A stretch of 64,000 bases of DNA from an uncultured Bacilli bacterium (GTDB lineage: Bacteria; Bacillota_I; Bacilli_A; RF39; UBA660): contig CAKOQK010000001.1 of NCBI GenBank assembly GCA_934101225.1, positions 64,978 to 128,977 on the forward strand. Reading direction: 5' to 3'. Of this stretch, positions 41,133 to 51,531 are shown one piece after another. The position numbers were made by a program, and so were the translations under genes. Positions within the stretch are counted from its first letter, which is position 1. Every line of letters begins with the position of its first letter. The notes beneath the pieces were generated by a model, which saw nothing but the letters and a program-made list of their open reading frames with translations, did no database searches and was not told the DNA's origin.

Positions 41133-42227
41133 TCAATTATAATATATTTCAAAAGCACTTTTAATTACATCATCCATATCGTAATATTTATATTCAGCAA
41201 GTCTTCCTCCAAAAATAACATTTTTCTCTTTTTTCGCTAATTCTTTATATTTTTCTGCTAAATTATTATTTTTGTCATCATTTACAGTATAATATTTTTC
41301 CATGCCTTCTTTATAATCAGCAGGATATTCATATGTAATAACAGTCTTTGTACTTGATAAATCAAATTCAAAATGTTTATGTTCAATTACCCTTGTATAT
41401 TCTACTTCATGTCCTGTGTAATTTACTACAGCATTTCCTTGATAGTTTTGCTTATTCAATATTTTTGTTTCAAATTTTAAACTTCTCCATTCAAGTTTTC
41501 CTAATGAATAATTAAAGTACTCATCTATTGGGCCAGTATAAACAATTTTATCTGCTATAGAATCAAAGTATTCTTTATTATCAAAATAGTTTGTATTTAA
41601 TTTTACCTCTATACCAGTTAGCATATTTTCTATTAACTTTGTATAGCCACCAATTGGAATTCCTTGATATTTATCATTAAAATAATTATTATCATATGTT
41701 AAACGAACTGGTAATCTTTTGATAATAAATGAAGGTAAATCTTTGCAATTTCTGTTCCATTGTTTTTCTGTGTACCCTTTAATTAATTTTTCATATATAG
41801 TTCTTCCTACAAGGCTAATTGCTTGTTCTTCTAAATTTCTAGGTTCACCTACTATTTCTTTTTTTTCTTCATTTATATGTCTTAAAGCTTCTTCAGGAGT
41901 AAATACATCATTCCATATTTTAGAAAAAGTATTCATATTAAATGGCATATTATATACTTCATTACCAATTCTAGCTATTGGTGAATTTGTATATCTGTTA
42001 AATTCTATAAATGAATTTACATAATCCCACACATCTTTATAATCTGTATGAAATATATGAGCACCATATTTATGGACATTTATTCCTTCTATATTTTCTG
42101 TATAAATATTGCCCGCAACATTTGATCTTTTTTCTATAACTAAAACCTTTTTACCATCTTTTTTCGCTAAATTAGCAAACGTTGCTCCAAATAGTCCAGA
42201 TCCAACTATTAAATAATCATATTTCAT
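41133..42227 (-). CDS. glf: UDP-galactopyranose mutase
   Basis: YDYLIVGSGLFG FAD motif, KYGAHIFHT, and GRLAEYKYYDMD near the C-terminus. Confidence 0.92.
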   Translation of the reverse strand: MKYDYLIVGSGLFGATFANLAKKDGKKVLVIEKRSNVAGNIYTENIEGINVHKYGAHIFHTDYKDVWDYVNSFIEFNRYTNSPIARIGNEVYNMPFNMNTFSKIWNDVFTPEEALRHINEEKKEIVGEPRNLEEQAISLVGRTIYEKLIKGYTEKQWNRNCKDLPSFIIKRLPVRLTYDNNYFNDKYQGIPIGGYTKLIENMLTGIEVKLNTNYFDNKEYFDSIADKIVYTGPIDEYFNYSLGKLEWRSLKFETKILNKQNYQGNAVVNYTGHEVEYTRVIEHKHFEFDLSSTKTVITYEYPADYKEGMEKYYTVNDDKNNNLAEKYKELAKKEKNVIFGGRLAEYKYYDMDDVIKSAFEIYYN

Positions 42228-42255
42228 TGAATACCACCACTTTCAAATTAATTTA

Positions 42256-43026
42256 TTATTTATTAAAAAAATTTCTTATATTACATTTTTGTCTTCTAAT
42301 AAAATTTTTCATACAATTACTATCATTTAAGATTACATTATTTTCATAATATTTTATATTATTTTTTTCAAGCCAAACACTTAACAATATTTCTGACATA
42401 TATCCAAAAACTCTTTTTAAATTTCCCTCTCTTTTTGATGTATCTATTTTTTCTTCTACCTCACTCATAATTTGAAATAGCCATTTACAATACTTGTTAT
42501 ATAAAGATTTATTACAAATAATCATATTAAATGGATTAAATCCCTTTTCTTCATTCATTATTTTTTTATATATTTTATAATAATCTTTATGGTATTTCTT
42601 CATAACGTTTTCCAATATAATAAAATCTTCATATTTATGATTATCGCTAAGTTTAATTGCTTCATTTAAATTTTTTTTCTTTGTATACCATTTTTTAGCA
42701 ACTATAGCATCATATTTTGTTAATATTTTTTTAATTTCTTCTTCATCAAGATACTTAGTTTTAAAAAGTTGGAAATCTGATGATATAAATTGTCTCCTAT
42801 AATGTTCTATTCCAAGAATATCAGAATAATTATCATTTTTCCATATCCAATACATGGCTGTTAATTCACAGTATGATGAATTTTTATATGAAATATTATC
42901 ACCAGTATTGTCTATAATTTTCGAATCAAAATTTATGTCATTTCCTACCTTTATAATTTCTCTTATATTATCAATATATGGATTGCATTTTTTATGAGAA
43001 ACTATATACAATTTTATTTTTTCCAT
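42256..43026 (-). CDS. DUF4422 domain protein (putative capsule glycosyltransferase-like)
   Basis: LYIVSHKK..., YCELTAMYWIWKN, GIEHYRRQF. Confidence 0.75.
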   Translation of the reverse strand: MEKIKLYIVSHKKCNPYIDNIREIIKVGNDINFDSKIIDNTGDNISYKNSSYCELTAMYWIWKNDNYSDILGIEHYRRQFISSDFQLFKTKYLDEEEIKKILTKYDAIVAKKWYTKKKNLNEAIKLSDNHKYEDFIILENVMKKYHKDYYKIYKKIMNEEKGFNPFNMIICNKSLYNKYCKWLFQIMSEVEEKIDTSKREGNLKRVFGYMSEILLSVWLEKNNIKYYENNVILNDSNCMKNFIRRQKCNIRNFFNK

Positions 43027-43027
43027 A

Positions 43028-44149
43028 TTATTTACTTCCTTTTTTTATTAAATTAAGCATAAATTTTGTATTTTCTCCAAATATACCTTTACCATGTGCC
43101 ATTTGAGGAAACCAAACACTTTGCCCAGTTAAATTTACTTCTATCAAAACAATTCTATCTTTATTATCTATACTAAAATCCCATGAGACTATTCCCATAT
43201 GTGGCGTTAATCCATGACATTTATAAGCAATATTTATAATTCTATCAATTCCTTTTATATTATAACCTTTAAATTTTACATTGCTATCTGGATGACTTTT
43301 ATATATGGTTTGAAATTCCGTATATGCATTTTCTAATAATTCGCCATTATCATTTAAACCAATAAATAATCCACCAGCATGAATATTATCAACTTCATTA
43401 CCAGCACAGCCAATTCTCATTACGATAGGTGCATGATAAATTTTACCATTACATACATATGTTATTACTCTAAATGTATTTAAAGATTTATTATAAATTT
43501 TTCTAATATCTTCTCTATTGGTTATTTGTTCTTGAATTATAAAATTATCTGAAAATTCTAGTAATAACTCATCTAAATTTTTGTTATTTTTTCTATCAAA
43601 TCCATTTTGCATATTTATTAATAATACACCTCTACCACTACAAGAATCATTTATTTTTTTGATAATTTTTTTACCACAATTAGATATTATTTTTTTAGCT
43701 TTTTCCTTTGAAATTATATTTTTATTTTTATCATAAAAGATTCCTGATGCACATAAGACCGTTGTTTCAGGAATATATAAGTCATTAACATTACTATATA
43801 ATATTTCAACCATGCTTTTATCAGCTAATTGTTTGGCTATAGTCCTATTACATAATTTTGGTTCCAATTTAGTTGAAAATAAAATTTCAGGAAAATATTT
43901 ATAATCATAATTTCCTGTATAACTTTGATATAATTTATGCCATCTCAAATCAATATTTTTACCATAATTATTTTTATAAAAATTTTGAATTTCATTAATT
44001 TGAATACCATCAAAAGAAACATTTTGATAAAGATTAGTTCTTCTTTTATCTTTAATTTTTTTTAATTCTATTTGTTTTACTCTACAAGTATAAAATGTAC
44101 TGCTTATTTTTTCTAATATTTCTTTAATTTTTTTCTTTATATTATTCAT
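43028..44149 (-). CDS. Sugar-transfer-associated ATP-grasp family protein
   Basis: KKINDSCSGRGVLLI, FIIQEQI, NIHAGGLFIGL, LIEVN: an ATP-grasp layout resembling the ATPgrasp_ST family. Assigned from memory. Confidence 0.55.
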   Translation of the reverse strand: MNNIKKKIKEILEKISSTFYTCRVKQIELKKIKDKRRTNLYQNVSFDGIQINEIQNFYKNNYGKNIDLRWHKLYQSYTGNYDYKYFPEILFSTKLEPKLCNRTIAKQLADKSMVEILYSNVNDLYIPETTVLCASGIFYDKNKNIISKEKAKKIISNCGKKIIKKINDSCSGRGVLLINMQNGFDRKNNKNLDELLLEFSDNFIIQEQITNREDIRKIYNKSLNTFRVITYVCNGKIYHAPIVMRIGCAGNEVDNIHAGGLFIGLNDNGELLENAYTEFQTIYKSHPDSNVKFKGYNIKGIDRIINIAYKCHGLTPHMGIVSWDFSIDNKDRIVLIEVNLTGQSVWFPQMAHGKGIFGENTKFMLNLIKKGSK

Positions 44150-44166
44150 AATTATAAAATTCTCCC

Positions 44167-45024
44167 TTATATTTTTATATAACTTCCTATAATTTTATCC
44201 CACTTCTCTGGACTAAATGGTACAAATCCACTCCAATGATAGAATGTCATTTCTCCAAAATATATTTTTCCATCTACTTCATAAAAGTCTATTCTGACAT
44301 GTTTTATATTTTTGGATAATTTTTCAGCTAATTCTATCATTTTATTAAAGTTTAATGGCTTTTCTGGTGGAGTTGGATTGTTTGAATGTCCATTAATTAT
44401 ATCCAAATGATTAAATTTTTCATCATAAAAATCAAAATAAGTATCACCATTACCTTGTCTATTTGAAGCTATAAACATAAATTTAACCTTACCTGAAAAA
44501 GTAAAAAATTTATAATCTCTTAACTCACCATATTTTTTTTCTTCTAAATATGGTTCAATGATTATTCTTGGCTTTACATTTTTGTAAGGCCATTCTCTTC
44601 CACCAAAAAAATAGTTATTTTTTAGACATTTATTAATTTTTTTTCTTGCCTTTTTTATATCTAATTCTTTCTTATTCTTTACTATAATTAATCCACACGA
44701 ATCGTGTGTACATTTAATTACAAATTGGTTTGGTAAACTATCAAAATTTATTTCGTCGAATTTATTGAATACTCCAATTGTCGGTATTATATATTCTTCT
44801 CCAATTATATTTGCAACATAATTTTTCACTTCATATTTGTCGACCATTGTCGTATAAATCTTTTTTCTATCATATAATTTCAACCACTGAATTTTTTCAT
44901 TATATGTTTCAGGATTAAGTAAATTAAGTTTCTTTTTAAATATAATATAGTATTTAATTTTTAAATAAATTTTATCTGGTAGAATTCTTAATATTTTTTT
45001 AATTATTGTTTTCACTTTTATCAC
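44167..45024 (-). CDS. TupA-like ATP-grasp fold amidoligase family protein
   Basis: NPETYNEKIQWLKLYDRK, DKYEVKNYV, FVIKCTHDSCG, RIDFYEVDGKIYFGEMTFY. The start codon is uncertain (GTG). Confidence 0.7.
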   Translation of the reverse strand: MIKVKTIIKKILRILPDKIYLKIKYYIIFKKKLNLLNPETYNEKIQWLKLYDRKKIYTTMVDKYEVKNYVANIIGEEYIIPTIGVFNKFDEINFDSLPNQFVIKCTHDSCGLIIVKNKKELDIKKARKKINKCLKNNYFFGGREWPYKNVKPRIIIEPYLEEKKYGELRDYKFFTFSGKVKFMFIASNRQGNGDTYFDFYDEKFNHLDIINGHSNNPTPPEKPLNFNKMIELAEKLSKNIKHVRIDFYEVDGKIYFGEMTFYHWSGFVPFSPEKWDKIIGSYIKI

Positions 45025-45074
45025 TTTCCTTTCACAAAGTAAGCTTAATAATAAAGTTTATTTTTTTATATTAT

Positions 45075-46253
45075 TTAATCATTATTTTTTCTTTTTTCTA
45101 TAATATTAGCACTAGCACCTGTCATAATTACATAATAGCTATTTAAAAAACTTATACTATATAATTCCATTAAAAGTATTACAATTATATATGAAAATAG
45201 AAAAATTGACGTGTCATCATATAGCATTTTTTTATAATTATATATTATATACACAAAAATCCAATAATATAATATAAAGCCTATTAAACCATAGCAACTA
45301 AGTATTTCTAAAAAACCATCATGCGAATATAATAAATAATATAATATATTACCATGAGTAGTATAATTTTTCATTGCAAATCCGTGTATACCCCAACCAA
45401 ATACAGGTCTTTCTTTAAATAATTCAAAAGCTAATTTTTTAAACGAATTTCTTTCATCTAATGAAGAATCTTCTTTACTATCATTAATTATTGAAGATAT
45501 TCCACTTTCTATTCTATATCCAATCGTTTTATATAAATATTTGTTGTTTAATATGGCAGTAAGGATAATTAATGATAAAATGCTCATAATAAGTAAGAAC
45601 ATCATTTTTTTTTCAATTCGCTTTCTTTTGTCAAATAATTGCATAAATAATGGTATAAGAATAGCTATAAGTATAGCCTTTCTTGCACCAGAAACAATTA
45701 TTGCAAATGCAATATAAAAAAATAAGAAAAATTTGAGTATTTTTTTCTTTTTCATGCTTCTTTGCAACCACAAAAAAGAAGTCATCGCTAATGCACATAC
45801 CGCTCCAAATTCGGCATATGAACCATATAAGTTTCCACCTATACGTCTTATACCAATTAAATTATATTGATTTATTAATACATAAGTTATTCCTATTAAT
45901 CCGCCTATCAAAAAGCCTTCCACAACTGTTCTTACATTTTTTTCCTCTTTTAAAAATGATGCTGATAACAACAATAATATTAAATAAGTAAATATTCTTA
46001 TATACACATATTCAGGATTAATCCTATTTATTGTATATGTAAGAGTAAATAAGCAAAAAAGAACAAAAATTAAATACCAAACAAAACCTTTATTAAAATT
46101 TATTTTTTTAATATTAATTGTTAATGCAAATAAGAAAAAACAAAATAATAAATATATCATCATTGTATTTCGTGAAATTAGCGGATTTATTTGACAAAAA
46201 ATTCCTATAAGTATTAGCAATAATTTCACAATATTTTCTTTTCTTATTTTCAT
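45075..46253 (-). CDS. wzy: O-antigen ligase/Wzy-type polysaccharide polymerase
   Basis: ~11 TM helices with a large loop near the C-terminal third. Its position in the cps operon supports the call. Confidence 0.65.
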   Translation of the reverse strand: MKIRKENIVKLLLILIGIFCQINPLISRNTMMIYLLFCFFLFALTINIKKINFNKGFVWYLIFVLFCLFTLTYTINRINPEYVYIRIFTYLILLLLSASFLKEEKNVRTVVEGFLIGGLIGITYVLINQYNLIGIRRIGGNLYGSYAEFGAVCALAMTSFLWLQRSMKKKKILKFFLFFYIAFAIIVSGARKAILIAILIPLFMQLFDKRKRIEKKMMFLLIMSILSLIILTAILNNKYLYKTIGYRIESGISSIINDSKEDSSLDERNSFKKLAFELFKERPVFGWGIHGFAMKNYTTHGNILYYLLYSHDGFLEILSCYGLIGFILYYWIFVYIIYNYKKMLYDDTSIFLFSYIIVILLMELYSISFLNSYYVIMTGASANIIEKRKNND

Positions 46254-46255
46254 TA

Positions 46256-47365
46256 TTATTCTCCTCTTATTTTCTCATAAAAATCAATATACTTTTTGCT
46301 CATATTATACATTGTAAATGGGCTATTTCTAACGTTAATATTATTATTTTTGTAAATATAAATATTATTTATTGCTTTTGACATTTCATCAATATTTCCA
46401 AGCTTATATGTAATTCCTGCATCTTTTATTTGATCTAATATTTCCTTATGTTGTGGTATGTCAGACAATACCACTGGTAAGCTAGTAGCTAAAGCCTCAA
46501 TAACACCATTCGGCAATCCTTCTGATTCGCTTGAAGACACAAAAAAATCTGATAATTGTAAGAATTTTTCAATTTGAGGCACTTTTCCATAAAAAATTAT
46601 ATTTTTATAGAAACTATATTTTTCTTTTAATTCATTTAAAAGAAATCCTTCTCCTAATAGTAATAAAATACCATTACTTTCACTTTTTATAAACCCAAGT
46701 ATTGTTTCTTCTATTCTTTTTCTTGGGATAAAACTCCCTGTTGATATAAATATAATTCTATCTTTATCAAAATTATATTTTTCTCTTAGTTTTTCCTTTT
46801 CATTTTTATCAATTTTTCTAAATTTTTCAATATCAATCCCATTTTGAATATAATACCAATTTTTTTGTGGATAATCATTTTTCATTTTTTCACAAATTGT
46901 TTTGGAACAGCATACAACATTTTTACATTTAAGTAGTGCATTTAAATGATAATGTAAAGCAATTATGCCTTTAAAAAAATTCATTCTTGTTAATATGTCA
47001 TCTTTAGGATAATTACGTAACGTTATAATATGGCTAATTTTATTACTACTACAAATTTTATTACATAAACAATCAGGCTTAACCCCATAGGAATGAACTA
47101 TGTCAATTTTATATTTTTTTAATTCTTTTAGTAGTTTCTTTTTTCCGGAAAACAAGAAAGTAACTCTGTTTAAATTTAAGCATTCTATTTTAATTCCATT
47201 TTTTTTATATTCACTTATCATTGTATCATTTTTATCTTCTTTAAAAAGAGTGATTACGATACTACTTTCTTTATATTTCGAATTTTTTATTATATTTAAA
47301 GTTTGATTTGTTGGTCCAACTCTTTTCAAGTCTGAAACAACATAAGCAATTTTTAATTTAGTCAT
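46256..47365 (-). CDS. Glycosyltransferase family 4 (GT-B)
   Basis: SSESEGLPNGVIEALATSLPVV, the E-x7-E motif. Confidence 0.8.
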   Translation of the reverse strand: MTKLKIAYVVSDLKRVGPTNQTLNIIKNSKYKESSIVITLFKEDKNDTMISEYKKNGIKIECLNLNRVTFLFSGKKKLLKELKKYKIDIVHSYGVKPDCLCNKICSSNKISHIITLRNYPKDDILTRMNFFKGIIALHYHLNALLKCKNVVCCSKTICEKMKNDYPQKNWYYIQNGIDIEKFRKIDKNEKEKLREKYNFDKDRIIFISTGSFIPRKRIEETILGFIKSESNGILLLLGEGFLLNELKEKYSFYKNIIFYGKVPQIEKFLQLSDFFVSSSESEGLPNGVIEALATSLPVVLSDIPQHKEILDQIKDAGITYKLGNIDEMSKAINNIYIYKNNNINVRNSPFTMYNMSKKYIDFYEKIRGE

Positions 47366-48210
47366 ACTCTTTTCCCAACTTTCATTCCAATAAATCTAGC
47401 TCCCATATCAGGTAAAAATCTTAATAATACTTTAAAATTTTTATCTTCAATTGCTCTTTTAAGTACATATTTTGCAAGACCACCACCAGATTTATTTGTA
47501 CCATAATTATCTAAATAACTATTTTCTTTAAAGAATTTACCAGTAAGTTTATATCTAACATAAACTTCTTTTAATGTAAAATTATGTGAATGATAAACTA
47601 CAGAATCAGAACAATATTTTATTTTATAGTCATTATTTATAATTTTATAAGCAATATACATATCCTCACTTATAGGTAATTTTTTTCCATCATAACCATT
47701 TAATTTTTTAAATATATTTGTATCAATAGCAGAACTTGCATCTGAAAAAAAGAAAGTTTTTAATCCTAATTTTGGTATATCTTCTTTTGATACAATTTTT
47801 GATTCACTAGGATAATTTGCTTCTCTAGTATATTTTTCTATATTATTATATTTTGTTATTTGTCTTGAATACGTAGCTACTATATTATTTTTTCCTATAT
47901 CTCTAGTTAAATTATAAAGCCATAATTTGTCCTTTATTACTACATCTTGAGTAACAAAAACAACAATATCAGAATTGCTATCCATTGCTTCTTTTTCTCT
48001 AGTCAAACTATGAGAAAATTCATTTCTCTTTATTTTTTTATATTCTATTTTATTTTGTAATAAGTATTTTTCTGTATTATCAGTGCTTTCAGTTAAAACA
48101 TACCTTATCTTATTTATTTTAACTTTATCTTGCATAAGAAAAGATTTATATAACGCATCAATATGATTTTCCGCATTATATAAAGGAACTACAATGTCAA
48201 TCCTTTTCAT
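47362..48210 (-). CDS. Glycosyltransferase family 2
   Basis: IDIVVPLYNAENHI and a DxD-like VTQDV. Overlaps the GT4 start. Confidence 0.8.
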   Translation of the reverse strand: MKRIDIVVPLYNAENHIDALYKSFLMQDKVKINKIRYVLTESTDNTEKYLLQNKIEYKKIKRNEFSHSLTREKEAMDSNSDIVVFVTQDVVIKDKLWLYNLTRDIGKNNIVATYSRQITKYNNIEKYTREANYPSESKIVSKEDIPKLGLKTFFFSDASSAIDTNIFKKLNGYDGKKLPISEDMYIAYKIINNDYKIKYCSDSVVYHSHNFTLKEVYVRYKLTGKFFKENSYLDNYGTNKSGGGLAKYVLKRAIEDKNFKVLLRFLPDMGARFIGMKVGKRV

Positions 48211-48227
48211 TAAATCACACTTCTTTC

Positions 48228-48914
48228 CTACTCAGCACCTTTTTTTAAAAATACTACTTTTATTGTTTTAAAAACACACTTAATATCTAATAACAATGAG
48301 GCATTATTACAGTAATAATATTCTAAATTTAATCTTTCTTCATAGGTTAAATTAGATCTTCCATTACAAGCCCACCAACCTGATAATCCCGGTCTAACAC
48401 TTTCATATATTTCATGATTCCCATTATGAGCATCTAACTCTCCAATTACTAATGGTCTTGGTCCTATAAAAGACATATCTCCTTTAATAATGGAAATCAA
48501 TTGAGGTAATTCATCTAATGATGTTTTTCTTAAGATATTACCAATTTTAGTTATTCTTGGATCTTTAGATAATTTTTGATTATTTTTCCATTCTGTTTTA
48601 TATGGTTCTTTTTTTATTAATTCTTTTAATACTTCATCCGCATTAGGTATCATACTTCTAAACTTATATAATTTAAATTCTTTACCATCTTTACCTATTC
48701 TAATTTGACTATAAAAAATAGATGAAAAATCTTTATTAAGTATATACGATATTTTAATAATTATCGAAATAGGAATTAAAAACAAAATTCCAAATAATGA
48801 CAAAATAATATCAAATAATCTCTTAATTGTTAAATATAAATATTTCTTTATTTTAGACATACTAATAACATTAGACACTTCTTCAATACTAACTTCCTTA
48901 TTCATAATTCTCAA
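48228..48914 (-). CDS. Undecaprenyl-phosphate sugar phosphotransferase (bacterial sugar transferase, initiating enzyme)
   Basis: KRLFDIILS TM helix, YKFRSM, DELPQL, GDMSFIGPRP. Confidence 0.88.
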   Translation of the reverse strand: MRIMNKEVSIEEVSNVISMSKIKKYLYLTIKRLFDIILSLFGILFLIPISIIIKISYILNKDFSSIFYSQIRIGKDGKEFKLYKFRSMIPNADEVLKELIKKEPYKTEWKNNQKLSKDPRITKIGNILRKTSLDELPQLISIIKGDMSFIGPRPLVIGELDAHNGNHEIYESVRPGLSGWWACNGRSNLTYEERLNLEYYYCNNASLLLDIKCVFKTIKVVFLKKGAE

Positions 48915-49002
48915 CCTCTAACTTTTTTAAGTAAAGTATCGAATACATTATAACAAATATTGAAAATTTGTACAACGAATTGCCATAAATTCTCAATAAT
49001 TT

Positions 49003-49030
49003 AATTTTGTATTCTACATAATACAAAATT
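49003..49030. repeat. 11-bp perfect inverted repeat AATTTTGTATT-N6-AATACAAAATT in the cps leader/promoter region
   Basis: Arms at 49003-49013 and 49020-49030. A third TTTTGTATT copy lies at 49045-49053. Confidence 0.75.
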
Positions 49031-49073
49031 ATTAAAAATGATATTTTTGTATTCCAATAATCAATAAGTTTGC

Positions 49074-49127
49074 GACTTTTTCAAAGTAATCATACTGACT
49101 TTTCCGAAATGAAGCACTGACTTTTTC
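49074..49127. repeat. Three direct repeats GACTTTT(T)C at 22-23 bp spacing upstream of the cps operon
   Basis: Copies at 49074-49082, 49097-49105 and 49119-49127. The last two extend to ACTGACTTTT(T)C(C)GGAA. Confidence 0.75.
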
Positions 49128-49157
49128 GGAATAAAAACATATTCTCTTATCACAATA

Positions 49158-49182
49158 TAAAAAAAGATAGATTTCTCTATCC
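49158..49182 (-). terminator. Rho-independent terminator ending the pilus operon
   Basis: On the minus strand GATAGA-GAAA-TCTATC followed by TTTTTTT. Confidence 0.5.
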
Positions 49183-49185
49183 AAA

Positions 49186-49743
49186 TCAACCTACCCTATT
49201 ACATCTAATAGTTACTCTACTTTTACTATCTTTAGTACAAGTATATAAAGTTAAATCAAAATTACTTTCAATCATTTCCCTAATTTCAGTAGGTTTAAGT
49301 ATTTCAACTGCCTCTACTTCATAAACATATCTATTATTATTTATATCTCTAAAAATAACAGTATCCCCTTGTTTTAATTTATATAAATTACCAAAATGAG
49401 CCTTATAAGAATGACCACAAATAACCAAATTACTATTTAAATTTCCATAATATAAAGCAGGACTTTTCCTTAAAGAGTTATATGAATAACCATTAGTTAT
49501 AGGTAATAATAAATTTAAAGAAGGTATCTCTAAATACCCAATATATTCTTCATTATCAATAACCTTAATATCAAAATTATCATTATGAATAACTTCACTA
49601 TCATTATTAATTAAATTATTCATAGTATCCTTAACCATTTTTCTAGAACATATCTCTTCTAATTGAAAATAAAAATATAATAAAATAGATAAAGATAATA
49701 AAATAATTCCCATTAACAATAATAATTTAGATATTCTATTCAT
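49186..49743 (-). CDS. Small sortase (class D-like), last gene of the pilus operon
   Basis: N-terminal TM helix, VICGHSY (His), LTLYTCT (Cys), RVTIRC (Arg). Confidence 0.8.
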   Translation of the reverse strand: MNRISKLLLLMGIILLSLSILLYFYFQLEEICSRKMVKDTMNNLINNDSEVIHNDNFDIKVIDNEEYIGYLEIPSLNLLLPITNGYSYNSLRKSPALYYGNLNSNLVICGHSYKAHFGNLYKLKQGDTVIFRDINNNRYVYEVEAVEILKPTEIREMIESNFDLTLYTCTKDSKSRVTIRCNRVG

Positions 49744-50614
49744 TATGTTCCTTATATTTATTATAAATAATACTTGATAATATAAGTATTATTCCACAAC
49801 TACCTAAAATTACTACTAAATAATAATTATTGCCAGTTTGTACTAAAGTCTTAGTATTAGTAATAATAAAAGTATTATCTATTTCTTCATAAGTAGCAAT
49901 ATATCCTTTAGGAACAGTTAATTCTAATACATTATAATCACTTTTTTCTATATCTAACCAAGTATATTCCCAATTATTATCTTTACTTAATTTAACCTTA
50001 TCTATTAATTCATTATTTTTATATAATCCTACTTCAACAGACTTAGGTAGCCTATTTAAATCATTTTTATTACTTAATGATTCATTCCAAACTTTTTTAA
50101 CAGTAAGACTCATTAATCTTAAAATATCAGTTTTAGGTTTACTATTTATTTCATAAATAAATTTATTATCTTCTACTTTAGGAATAGTTAATAAATAAGA
50201 ATTAATACTAGAATATCCTTTAACTTTATTAGTTTGCTTAACTAAATATAACCCTAAAGACAAATTGTCAAATGTGACCTTTCCATCTAAATCAGTTACT
50301 TTAGTATAAATAATTAAATCATCACTTACACATAAATTAATTTTATCTGAAAGTTCCTTAGATTCTAAATTATCTAAAGACACATCACAATTAATATTAT
50401 CAACATATTTATAAGTTAAATGATTATCTTCTTCTAAAACATTTGCAATCTTATATAAAGTTAATTCTACTCCTTCGATAGATTCATTATTCTCTTTATC
50501 AGTTAATACAATATTAATTTTACCATTTACACTTAAGTCTACACTATAATTATTAGCAAATACATTAGTTGTAAATAACATTAATATTAACAATATAAAT
50601 TTTAAATGTTTCAT
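49736..50614 (-). CDS. Minor/basal pilin with Cna-B/SpaA-type fold and LVQTG sorting signal
   Basis: Signal peptide from ATG 50614 (AGGAGG RBS), GKVTFDNLSLGLYLVKQTN, and C-terminal LVQTGN followed by a TM helix and a KYKEH tail. Confidence 0.7.
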   Translation of the reverse strand: MKHLKFILLILMLFTTNVFANNYSVDLSVNGKINIVLTDKENNESIEGVELTLYKIANVLEEDNHLTYKYVDNINCDVSLDNLESKELSDKINLCVSDDLIIYTKVTDLDGKVTFDNLSLGLYLVKQTNKVKGYSSINSYLLTIPKVEDNKFIYEINSKPKTDILRLMSLTVKKVWNESLSNKNDLNRLPKSVEVGLYKNNELIDKVKLSKDNNWEYTWLDIEKSDYNVLELTVPKGYIATYEEIDNTFIITNTKTLVQTGNNYYLVVILGSCGIILILSSIIYNKYKEHNE

Positions 50615-50615
50615 A

Positions 50616-51479
50616 TTACCTCCTAAAATAATCTTTTCCATTAGGATATAGACACTTTTTAAATATCATATTATTAGATTTCTTAACTGGTTTAATTACA
50701 ATAATTAATATTAATAGTATTATTATAGGTAATGTTAAAATAGGTATTACTATTAGCTTATTTATTTTAAATCCTTCTGTACTTATATAAAATTTATTAA
50801 TATTATTATCTACTCTTACTCCTCTTACTAATAATCTATGCGTATTAATTCCATAAGGAGTACAAGTAATTAAAGTTACATAATCTTTATCTTTAACATT
50901 CATGAGTTCTTTAATATTATTAGGTTTAACTATTGATATTTTATCTACTTTGTAAGTTAAAGCCTCATCAAGTACAATAATTTTAAATGTATCTCCTACC
51001 TCTAACTTATCTAAATCAGAAAATAATTTAGCTGATGGAAGTCCTCTATGAGCTGATAAAACACTATGGGTACTAATTCCGCCTATTGGAAGACTAGTTC
51101 CTTCAACGTGTCCTACAAAACTGTTTAATGTATCATTACTAGTTCCATGATAAATAGGTATTTCAACTCTAATTTTATCTATAGATAAATACCCCATCAT
51201 TCCTTCATCATTTACATTAAGAATATTTTCATAATTCTTTATTTCCTTATAATCTATTAAAGGATCACTTAATTTAGATAAATCTTTATTATATTTAATA
51301 GCGTTATCTTTTATTTCTTTAAATTTATTAAAATCATAGCTATCAATTATATTTTCATAATTATAAATAGTTTTAGATCCCATTTTTTCATTATAATAAT
51401 TACTTAAAGTAGGATAAAAGAGGGTTAAAAGTCCTATGAAAAATAGTATTATCATAATTATAGTATTTCTTTTATTCAT
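50616..51479 (-). CDS. Class C (pilin-polymerising) sortase
   Basis: LSAHRGLP, VTLITCTPYGINTHRLLVRG, plus a C-terminal TM anchor typical of class C. Confidence 0.88.
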   Translation of the reverse strand: MNKRNTIIMIILFFIGLLTLFYPTLSNYYNEKMGSKTIYNYENIIDSYDFNKFKEIKDNAIKYNKDLSKLSDPLIDYKEIKNYENILNVNDEGMMGYLSIDKIRVEIPIYHGTSNDTLNSFVGHVEGTSLPIGGISTHSVLSAHRGLPSAKLFSDLDKLEVGDTFKIIVLDEALTYKVDKISIVKPNNIKELMNVKDKDYVTLITCTPYGINTHRLLVRGVRVDNNINKFYISTEGFKINKLIVIPILTLPIIILLILIIVIKPVKKSNNMIFKKCLYPNGKDYFRR

Positions 51480-51531
51480 ATTACTTTAACCTCCTTCAAT
51501 CTTTACTATAATATCTTTACTATATTAATTA

